Origin: an uncultured Caldisericales bacterium
GTDB taxonomy: Bacteria > Caldisericota > Caldisericia > Caldisericales > Caldisericaceae
Reading direction: 5' to 3'
NCBI GenBank assembly: GCA_964468055.1
Contig: CAYYKP010000032.1
Location: forward strand, 1-12,366
Length of the DNA: 12,366 nt
Positions 1 to 6,594 of the stretch are shown here, one piece after another. The position numbers were made by a program, and so were the translations under genes. The notes beneath the pieces were generated by a model, which saw nothing but the letters and a program-made list of their open reading frames with translations, did not search any database and was not told the origin of the DNA. How positions within the stretch are numbered: the stretch's first letter is position 1; each line of letters opens with the position of its first letter.

Positions 1-53
1 CCTGCAGGATGTTATGAAAACCGTTATCAAAACTGTGCACGAGATGATAGGTA

Positions 54-659
54 ATGTCAGTGAAGTTAACGGTTAATGTAATCTTGTCGTACGTTATCGG
101 TGGGATTCCTGTGGGGTTCTTCATAGCCTGGATTACAAAAAAAGTTGATATAAGAAAAGTTGGAACAAAAAATATTGGTGCAACAAATGTTTTTCATAAA
201 ATTGGTAAATTGCAGGGGACTATAACATTTTTGCTTGATATGGCAAAACCTGTATTCGTGATGTGGCTTTCAGACATTGTAAATGCCATTCCGCAGTTTT
301 TTATTCCATTTATTGGTGCTGCTTCCGTTGTCGGTAATTTATGGAGTCCTTTTTTGAAATTTAAGGGGGGCAGGGGGCTTTCCGCCACAATAGGATATTT
401 TTTGTATACAATGCCCAGGGCAGTGCCATTGATTGCATTAATTGCGTTTATCATAACAGCGCTTACGAGGTGGAATCTGCCTGTTGGCGGATTATCCTTA
501 TACATCATAGGACCAATCATTGCGGCAAAAGTGTATCATTATCCGCGTTTTGTGATAATAACTACACTTTATTTGGGGCTTTTTATTTTGTTAAGGCAAT
601 TTCCCTGGATGATTATCCACTTAACGAATTTTTACAAACGAAGGAGGCAAACAATATGA
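54..659 (+). CDS. plsY: Glycerol-3-phosphate acyltransferase PlsY-like integral membrane protein. The exact start is uncertain: ATG at 54, or GTG/TTG a few codons downstream.
   Basis: About 200 aa and polytopic hydrophobic. Carries 'KVGTKNIGATNVFH' (a variant of the PlsY 'GSGNxGATN' motif) and 'FKGGRG' (PlsY 'FKGGKG'). The stop TGA (657-659) overlaps the downstream ATG (656), as ATGA. Confidence 0.75.
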   Translation: MSVKLTVNVILSYVIGGIPVGFFIAWITKKVDIRKVGTKNIGATNVFHKIGKLQGTITFLLDMAKPVFVMWLSDIVNAIPQFFIPFIGAASVVGNLWSPFLKFKGGRGLSATIGYFLYTMPRAVPLIALIAFIITALTRWNLPVGGLSLYIIGPIIAAKVYHYPRFVIITTLYLGLFILLRQFPWMIIHLTNFYKRRRQTI

Positions 660-1594
660 AAAAAGATAGTATATTTGGTACGATGGTAGTTGCTTTTATC
701 GTGTTTGTTATCATATTTGCAATAGTAAAAGGAACTGGTAAAAATTCGTCCGCTGTAAATGCACCAAATGTAAAAACCGGAGATAGCATCTCTGTAATTA
801 GTCTTAACGGGGTAATCGGAGAGGAAACTTCTGCATCTTTGATAGGGACAACAGGTGGTATTACGGTGAGCGATGTGAAAACGCTTCTCGGGGAAGCAAA
901 AAGTGATCCGTCAAAAGCTTTAATTATAGAGGTAAATAGCCCGGGTGGGGCGGTAGAACCTACTCAGGAGATATACGATGCAATTGAGCAATTCAAAAAA
1001 GAAACGGGTAAAAAAGTATATGTATGGATGCGGGGAGAAGCTGCGTCCGGAGGATATTATCTTTCCTGTGCCGCAGACAAAATTATTGCAATGCCAACAA
1101 CGCTTACGGGCAGTATAGGAGTAATAATGGAGCTTGTAAATTATCAGGGACTGTTTGAAAAAATAGGGTTAAAAGAAACGGTGATAAAAAGCGGGAAGTA
1201 CAAAGATATAGGCTCTCCCGTGAGGCAAATGACACCGGAAGAAAATAAAATGCTTCAAAACATAATAGATGAAACTTATCAGCAGTTCTTTAACACCGTA
1301 AAAAACGCAAGGCATATTCCCGAGAATCAGCTTAAAGAAATTGCACAGGGCCAAGTCTATACCGGAATACAGGCCAAAAAACTGAATCTTGTGGATGCAA
1401 ACGGTAATTTCCAATTTGTAGTAGATACAATAAAAAAAGATTTGAATTTAAAAGGGAAACCGCAGATCATTACGCATACAATCCACGTAAATCTCCTTTC
1501 AACTTTACTCGGAGAAAAATCTCAGCTTGCAAGCGAACTTGGCATTATCAGCAACTTAAAACCTATGAAATTAGAATATAGGATGCAGCCTTAA
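656..1594 (+). CDS. sppA: Signal peptide peptidase SppA (S49 family, 36K type), a membrane-anchored serine protease. The track ORF at 470-1594 is an N-terminal over-extension; the real start is the ATG at 656, preceded by AGGAGG at 642-647.
   Basis: N-terminal TM helix. 'EVNSPGGAVEPTQEIYDAIEQF' and 'GEAASGGYYLSCAADKIIA' (Ser nucleophile context), and 'IKSGKYKDIGSP' (general-base Lys), are typical of S49/ClpP-fold SppA. Strong RBS. Confidence 0.8.
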   Translation: MKKDSIFGTMVVAFIVFVIIFAIVKGTGKNSSAVNAPNVKTGDSISVISLNGVIGEETSASLIGTTGGITVSDVKTLLGEAKSDPSKALIIEVNSPGGAVEPTQEIYDAIEQFKKETGKKVYVWMRGEAASGGYYLSCAADKIIAMPTTLTGSIGVIMELVNYQGLFEKIGLKETVIKSGKYKDIGSPVRQMTPEENKMLQNIIDETYQQFFNTVKNARHIPENQLKEIAQGQVYTGIQAKKLNLVDANGNFQFVVDTIKKDLNLKGKPQIITHTIHVNLLSTLLGEKSQLASELGIISNLKPMKLEYRMQP

Positions 1595-1606
1595 AGGAGG
1601 AATATA

Positions 1607-2275
1607 ATGAATAAAACTGTTGAACTTATATGGGAAATAATTATAAACCCGAAGGAGGCATTTAGGAAGATAAAAGAAGAGAAACCCGTTTATGCGGCAT
1701 TGATTTATCTTCTTATATACGGGCTTGTGTCCGTGCTTGCATCGCATTTTTTAGGGAAGAATATTCTTTCAAATCCGCAGAGCCTGGGGAATATCCCTCA
1801 GGAAATCCAGCCATTTATGAAAGGATTTATGTCTTCCTTGAAGAGTCTTACATCCTCAACTCCATTTTTTATCATTGGGCTGATAGCGCCATACATTAAC
1901 GTATTTTTATCTGTTGCATTGTATGAACTTATTGCCCAGTTTGTAACGAAGCGCGCTAACGGTATTGCACTGTTTACGGCATGGTCTTTTGCATCGATAC
2001 CAGTACTTCTTTATAAGCTTCTCGAACTTCTCTTTGCAACTGCTATGAACTATACGCTTCCGTACTGGATTGAGCTTTTGTTTGTTGCATGGGGTATTGT
2101 ACTGTATGTCATTGCGATAAGAGAAATTTATCAAACGGATACCGCCAGCGCAATCGGTATTTATTTTACTCCGATCATTGCAATCATTGCAATCGTAATT
2201 CTGTATATTATTTTGCTTATGCCTGCTCTTAGCGGGATTCTCAAGACAATTCCTAAAGGGGTAATTACTCCTTGA
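1607..2275 (+). CDS. Polytopic membrane protein, probably Yip1-domain family.
   Basis: RBS AAGGAGG at 1594-1600. N-terminal 'NPKEAFRKIKEEKP' followed by about 5 TM helices, which is the typical layout of a bacterial Yip1/DUF1282-like protein. No catalytic motif recognised. Confidence 0.5.
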   Translation: MNKTVELIWEIIINPKEAFRKIKEEKPVYAALIYLLIYGLVSVLASHFLGKNILSNPQSLGNIPQEIQPFMKGFMSSLKSLTSSTPFFIIGLIAPYINVFLSVALYELIAQFVTKRANGIALFTAWSFASIPVLLYKLLELLFATAMNYTLPYWIELLFVAWGIVLYVIAIREIYQTDTASAIGIYFTPIIAIIAIVILYIILLMPALSGILKTIPKGVITP

Positions 2276-4374
2276 AGGATCTTCTACAGGATCTTAACGA
2301 ACAGCAGAAAGAAGCAGTTCTTTACAATGAAGGGCCGCTTCTCGTTTTTGCCGGTGCAGGTTCGGGAAAGACCAAAGTTATTACATATAAAATTGCGTAT
2401 CTCGTTGAGGATATGCACATTTCTCCGTCTCATATATTTGCAGTAACATTTACGAATAAGGCAGCAAACGAGATGAAAGAGCGTGTGGAACAGCTTATCG
2501 GGGAAAATATAAAAGGACTGTGGATAGGTACATTTCATTCTCTATGCGCCAGAATTTTGAGAAGAGAAATTTCTGTTCTCGGCTACGAAAAGAATTTTAC
2601 CATTTTGGACGGGGATGATGCCATACGTGTAGTAAAAGAGGCAACAAAAGCTGCAAACTTTGATACGAAGTATTTTGAACCGAAGAAAATTAAAAATTAT
2701 ATCTCGAAGGTAAAGAGAAGTATGCTTTCCGCACAAGAGTTTGCAAATATGTCGCACCAGTATTTTGAAAGCGTTGTTTCATCAGTGTATACTCAATACG
2801 AGAAAATATTGAAGGAAAATAATGCGCTTGATTTTGACGACCTTATAATGCTTACGGTAAAGCTCTTGAAAAGCCATGAGGATATCGCATACTATTATAA
2901 AGACAAGTTTACATATGTACTGGTTGATGAATATCAGGATGTGAATAAATCTCAATACGAGTTTTTGAAAATTATTGCGGATAAGTATAAAAATATTACG
3001 GTTGTCGGAGATGACGATCAGAGTATCTACTCGTTCAGGGGTGCGGATTCAAAGTTTATTTTTAAATTCCAGGAGGATTATCCGAATGCGAAAACCGTAA
3101 AGCTCGAGCAAAATTATCGCTCTCCTCAGGAAATACTTGATATCGCAAATGAACTTATTTCACATAATACAAGTAGAAGCGGAAAGGAACTTTACAGTTC
3201 AAAAAAGCTGCCTGATTCCGTAAATCTTTACGAGTCAGCGGATGAGATAGACGAAGCGCGTTTTGTTGTGAAAAAGATTAAGGGGTTAAGAAAAGAAGAA
3301 GGAAAACATTTTGGTAATTTTGCCATTCTTTACAGGATGAACTTTCAGTCGAGAATTTTTGAGGAGTATCTGATAGAGGAAGGAATACCTTATCAGATTA
3401 TAGGCGGAGTTCGTTTTTACAGCAGAGCGGAGATAAAGGATATAATGGCATATTTATCCGTGGTAAATAATCCGCGCGATGACATCAGTTTTAAAAGAAT
3501 CATAAATGTACCGCTCAGAAAAATAGGCCCGGCAACACTGAAAAAACTTGAGGAAGTGAAGGAAAAATCGGGGCTTACTCTCTATGAATCTCTTGAATAC
3601 CTTTCAGAAAAAGATGAACTTACGGGCTCTTTCAGAAAATTGGAAGATTTTTACGAGCTGATTAAAGAATTGAAGAAAGATGCACAGAATATGTCGTTGA
3701 AACAGCTTGTGGAAGAAATCATATCAAAAACGCATTACTATGATTTTTTGATAAGCAGAGGTAAGGAAGAAGGAGAAAGCAGGGCGGAGAACGTAAAGGA
3801 ATTTATAAATGTTGTAAGCGAATTTACAAAAACTTCCGAAGATAATTCTCTTTCCGCTTTTCTTACTCACCTTTCACTGATAACCGATATAGATACCTCA
3901 AAAGCAGGCAATAGGGTTACTCTGATGACGTTGCATGCCGCAAAAGGGCTGGAATTTCCTGTCGTGTTCCTTGTCGGCATGGAAGAGGGATTTCTGCCGC
4001 ATTATAGAGCATTCGAGTCAAACAAAGAGCTTGAGGAGGAGAGGCGCTTGTGTTATGTAGGTATTACCCGTGCAAAAGAAAAAGTTTTCTTTACGTATGC
4101 ATACAGAAGAACGCGCTATGGTGTAACCGCACCGACAAAACCCTCGCGTTTCCTTTCGGAGATACCCATAGAAAACCTTGAAGAAGAGCACAAGGAAGTA
4201 ACGAAAGGTATTGAGCTGCACGTAGGCGACAAAGTGCTGCATAGAGTGTGGGGGGTAGGCAAAGTGTATGAGATGCATACAGATTCTGAATTTCCGTATG
4301 CAGTGATTGATTTTATAAAAATAGGCAAAAAGAAATTGGATTTGAGATACGCACCGATTGAGAGGCTTGAATAA
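2272..4374 (+). CDS. pcrA: ATP-dependent DNA helicase PcrA/UvrD (SF1A). It starts at TTG, the only in-frame start between the upstream stop and the conserved N-terminus.
   Basis: All SF1 motifs present: 'GAGSGKT' (I), 'VLVDEYQDVN' (II), 'VGDDDQSIYSFRGA' (III), 'QNYRS' (IV), 'LMTLHAAKGLEFPVVFL' (V), 'CYVGITRAKEKVFF' (VI). The N-terminus 'DLNEQQKEAV' is canonical. Has the C-terminal Tudor-like tail. The TTG overlaps the upstream TGA, as TTGA. Confidence 0.9.
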   Translation: MKDLLQDLNEQQKEAVLYNEGPLLVFAGAGSGKTKVITYKIAYLVEDMHISPSHIFAVTFTNKAANEMKERVEQLIGENIKGLWIGTFHSLCARILRREISVLGYEKNFTILDGDDAIRVVKEATKAANFDTKYFEPKKIKNYISKVKRSMLSAQEFANMSHQYFESVVSSVYTQYEKILKENNALDFDDLIMLTVKLLKSHEDIAYYYKDKFTYVLVDEYQDVNKSQYEFLKIIADKYKNITVVGDDDQSIYSFRGADSKFIFKFQEDYPNAKTVKLEQNYRSPQEILDIANELISHNTSRSGKELYSSKKLPDSVNLYESADEIDEARFVVKKIKGLRKEEGKHFGNFAILYRMNFQSRIFEEYLIEEGIPYQIIGGVRFYSRAEIKDIMAYLSVVNNPRDDISFKRIINVPLRKIGPATLKKLEEVKEKSGLTLYESLEYLSEKDELTGSFRKLEDFYELIKELKKDAQNMSLKQLVEEIISKTHYYDFLISRGKEEGESRAENVKEFINVVSEFTKTSEDNSLSAFLTHLSLITDIDTSKAGNRVTLMTLHAAKGLEFPVVFLVGMEEGFLPHYRAFESNKELEEERRLCYVGITRAKEKVFFTYAYRRTRYGVTAPTKPSRFLSEIPIENLEEEHKEVTKGIELHVGDKVLHRVWGVGKVYEMHTDSEFPYAVIDFIKIGKKKLDLRYAPIERLE

Positions 4375-4375
4375 T

Positions 4376-4780
4376 ATGGATGGAGCAAACTACTGTTTTG
4401 TATGCAGCAAAATAAATCCTAAAGGCCTTCATCTGAGTTTTCGTTATCTTGAGAGTGGTGTTGCAGTTGCAAACTTTACTCTTGAGAGAGAATACGAGGG
4501 TTATCCCGGTATTGTTCATGGCGGAATACTTGCTGCAATTCTGGATGATGCAATGGGAAATATTGAGTATTTGAAAGGTTATGTTGCTTATACGGCAGAA
4601 ATGAATATTCGTTATCTAAAATCTTCTTACATTGGCGAAAAGCTTACCGTGCGGGGATGGATAAAAAGTATTCACCATAAAATTGTGGAAACATACGGTG
4701 ATATACGTGATAAAGAAGGAAATATAAAAGTAAAAAGCAGGGCAAAGTATTACATTGCAGGTAAAATAGAAGAAATTTGA
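4376..4780 (+). CDS. Hotdog-fold acyl-CoA thioesterase (PaaI/4HBT-like). The ATG at 4376 is the likely start; the track ORF begins at an upstream TTG at 4358.
   Basis: 'GIVHGGILAAILDDAMG' is the HGG...D signature of PaaI-type thioesterases, and the size (about 135 aa) fits. The gene begins right after the pcrA stop. Confidence 0.7.
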   Translation: MDGANYCFVCSKINPKGLHLSFRYLESGVAVANFTLEREYEGYPGIVHGGILAAILDDAMGNIEYLKGYVAYTAEMNIRYLKSSYIGEKLTVRGWIKSIHHKIVETYGDIRDKEGNIKVKSRAKYYIAGKIEEI

Positions 4781-4804
4781 TTTTGCCGGCTGATAAAGTA
4801 TAAT
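4777..4804 (+). promoter_or_regulatory. Putative sigma70-type promoter: -35 TTGATT (4777-4782), 16-nt spacer, -10 TATAAT (4799-4804). It sits about 28 nt upstream of the ATG at 4833.
   Basis: Read directly in the only sizeable intergenic gap (4781-4832) in the first half of the window. The -10 is consensus and the -35 matches 4 of 6. Confidence 0.4.
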
Positions 4805-4832
4805 GTAGCAAATTAAAGTTAAGGAGGGATAT

Positions 4833-5336
4833 ATGGATGATTTAAGAAAAAAGATTGACGAAGGAGAAAATTGGTATCAGAAGCTTATTGAGAAGATACC
4901 AGGATTCGCAGGTTATTTCGAGAGGGAGAAGAGAAGAACTGCGGATAAACTTTTAAGGGATTACCTTGCAAACAGACTGAGAGAATCCAAGGATGCTTTG
5001 ATGAAAAAAGCGAACGAATTGTTTAAGGCGCATGATTTTGATACGCTGAACGAACTGAATGAGCTTGTGAAGAACTTTCAAATGGTAATTGATAAAATTC
5101 AGTATGCACCTCACGGATACTCGGGGTTTTTCGGTGCGGTAAAAGTTGATACGCCGGAATTGAGCAAGCTTTACAATATTGATGCAACTCTGCTTGGCCT
5201 CGTAGAAGAAACGGAAAAAATTGTAAGTGATACGGCAAAGCCTGCAAAAGAACAGGTGAATCTAATGAAAGAACAGCTGGATAAATTTCAAACCGCATTG
5301 ACAGACAGATCTGAGACTTTATCCGGTATAAAATAA
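4833..5336 (+). CDS. Hypothetical soluble, predominantly helical/charged protein of 167 aa. It is the first gene of the SPFH/DUF2207 cluster.
   Basis: Strong RBS AAGGAGGG at 4821-4828. No TM segment. Charged heptad-like N-terminal half, central 'YAPHGYSGFFGAV', helical C-terminal half. No family recognised by eye. Confidence 0.6.
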   Translation: MDDLRKKIDEGENWYQKLIEKIPGFAGYFEREKRRTADKLLRDYLANRLRESKDALMKKANELFKAHDFDTLNELNELVKNFQMVIDKIQYAPHGYSGFFGAVKVDTPELSKLYNIDATLLGLVEETEKIVSDTAKPAKEQVNLMKEQLDKFQTALTDRSETLSGIK

Positions 5337-5350
5337 AGGGGGAAACGTAA

Positions 5351-6424
5351 ATGGCATTAGAAATTCTTCAGTGGTTCGATCAGAGCGGCACAGAAATGGT
5401 GCATAGAATTCCGGAATCGGGCTCAACGGACATAAAGATGGGCGCACAGCTCATCGTAAGAGAAAGCGAAAGTGCCGTATTCTTCAGAGACGGTAAAGCA
5501 TTGGATGTATTCGGGCCGGGCAGGCATATTCTTTCAACTCAGAATGTGCCTATTCTTACGAAATTACTTTCACTTCCGTATGGGTTTAAAAGCCCGTTTC
5601 AGGCTGAAGTTGTATTTATTGATAGAAAAGTATTTACAAATTTAAAATGGGGTACTGAGCAGCCAATACTGTACAGGGATAAAGATCTTGGGATGGTGAG
5701 GCTCCGCTCTTTCGGTATTTATAGCATAAGGATTGTTGATCCGTATTTATTTGTCAACACAGTTGTCGGAACGCAAGGTATATATACTACCGATGAGCTT
5801 CAGAATTTCTACCGTTCTATTATTCTTTCCCGTTATACGGATGTGCTTGGAGAAGGAATAGAGTCCATATTTGATTTGCCTAAAATGTATGATGAACTCA
5901 GCGGGGTTGCCAAGGGGCGTATAATTACCGATTTTAAAAAGTATGGTTTGGAACTTGTCGACTTCTATATTTCTTCCATCACCGTACCTGAAGATGTTCA
6001 GAAAGTAATTGATGAAAAGACAGGAATGAATGCAGTTGGAAATATGAATCAGTATCTCCAGTTTAAAGCGGCAAAGGCAATGGAAGAAGCAGCGAAAAAT
6101 CCCACTCCGGGCGGTACAGCGTCTGCAGGCGCAGGGCTTGGAATGGGAATGGGTATGGGTATGATTATTCCCGGAATGATGCAGCAAGCAATGAATTCGG
6201 ATAAGCAGCAAGCTCAGCAGGTAATGATTAAGTGTCCGAACTGCGGTGCCGTTATACCTGCGGACTCGAAATTCTGTCCTAAATGCGGCTATAAGCTTGT
6301 GAAAGATGAGCCGAAAATGATTGAATGTCCGAATTGCCACAAACAGATACCTGCGGACTCGAAATTCTGCCCGCACTGTGGCTACAAAATTGTAAAAGGT
6401 GAAGGAGATAAAAAACAGGAGTGA
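5351..6424 (+). CDS. SPFH-superfamily Band_7_1-type protein (B. subtilis YdjI-like) with a C-terminal low-complexity linker and a tandem double zinc ribbon.
   Basis: RBS AAGGGGGAA at 5336-5344. N-terminal '[57 protein letters not shown]' resembles the YdjI/Band_7_1 family. C-terminal features: '[10 protein letters not shown]', a Q-rich stretch, and two CPxCG-x10-FCPxCGYK units. Confidence 0.7.
   Translation: MALEILQWFDQSGTEMVHRIPESGSTDIKMGAQLIVRESESAVFFRDGKALDVFGPGRHILSTQNVPILTKLLSLPYGFKSPFQAEVVFIDRKVFTNLKWGTEQPILYRDKDLGMVRLRSFGIYSIRIVDPYLFVNTVVGTQGIYTTDELQNFYRSIILSRYTDVLGEGIESIFDLPKMYDELSGVAKGRIITDFKKYGLELVDFYISSITVPEDVQKVIDEKTGMNAVGNMNQYLQFKAAKAMEEAAKNPTPGGTASAGAGLGMGMGMGMIIPGMMQQAMNSDKQQAQQVMIKCPNCGAVIPADSKFCPKCGYKLVKDEPKMIECPNCHKQIPADSKFCPHCGYKIVKGEGDKKQE
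6233..6400 (+). repeat. Intragenic tandem duplication with a 93-nt period, encoding the two zinc-ribbon units. Its 23-nt core (6254-6276 and 6347-6369, 'atacctgcggactcgaaattctg') is perfectly identical between the two copies.
   Basis: Direct comparison of the two copies in the sequence. The flanks have diverged, including non-synonymous changes, while the core is nucleotide-identical. Confidence 0.8.
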
Positions 6425-6594
6425 TACTGCTTTTAATTATTATCCTTGCCTGGTTTGGTTGCGGATTTTTAAGTTCCTTCATTTTGAGAAAGGAAAGTCT
6501 TCCTCGATTTTATAGGATGCTCCTTGTTATGGAGGGGCTCATAGGTTTGTTATTCATACTGATATTTAAGGGGGAAAAGACGAATGAAAAATAG
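6421..6594 (+). CDS. Possible unannotated small membrane protein of 57 aa with two predicted TM helices, starting at GTG. Not in the supplied ORF track.
   Basis: Frame open from 6412 to TAG at 6592-6594. RBS GAAGGAGA at 6401-6408, 12 nt before the GTG. Translation: '[57 protein letters not shown]', i.e. two hydrophobic helices separated by a basic loop. It overlaps the stop of the upstream gene and the start of the downstream gene. Confidence 0.25.
   Translation: MILLLIIILAWFGCGFLSSFILRKESLPRFYRMLLVMEGLIGLLFILIFKGEKTNEK

Noticed and set aside
1-8. Window begins with CCTGCAGG (SbfI/PstI site).
   Set aside because: A single 8-mer occurrence at a window edge is not evidence of a cloning junction or biological feature. 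Noted only as a caveat for the upstream truncated region.
194-520. 108-aa minus-strand ORF inside plsY, and other short minus-strand ORFs (1169-1414, 1907-2134, 2284-2757, 4018-4519, 5023-5298, 6825-7638, 7825-8010, 9007-9933, 10718-11188, 11723-12143).
   Set aside because: All are antisense within well-supported + strand genes, are Cys/Arg/Phe-rich in the way AT-rich non-coding frames are, and lack RBSs. Treated as spurious.
470-655. 5' extension of the SppA ORF (track ORF 470-1594) overlapping plsY in another frame.
   Set aside because: A strong RBS plus ATG at 656, and the TM-anchored N-terminus 'MKKDSIFGTMVVAFIV', mark the real start. The upstream portion has no SppA-like sequence and overlaps the plsY coding frame.
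4781-4832. Possible terminator after the thioesterase gene (GCCGGC palindrome).
   Set aside because: Only a 6-bp palindrome with no stable stem or U-run. The gap is better explained as a promoter region.
5747-6376. 209-aa minus-strand ORF with repeated 'EFRVRRY' segments.
   Set aside because: It lies entirely antisense to the strongly supported SPFH-like CDS. Its internal repetition is just the reverse complement of the zinc-ribbon tandem duplication, and it has no RBS or coding-like composition.
6484-6516. Weak sigma70-like element (TTGAGA ... TTTATA/TATAGG) and a 5-bp inverted repeat (AGGAA-AGTC-TTCCT) upstream of the DUF2207 gene.
   Set aside because: Poor match to consensus with ambiguous spacing. 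The hairpin is too short and lacks a U-tract to be a terminator. Cannot be distinguished from chance in AT-rich DNA.
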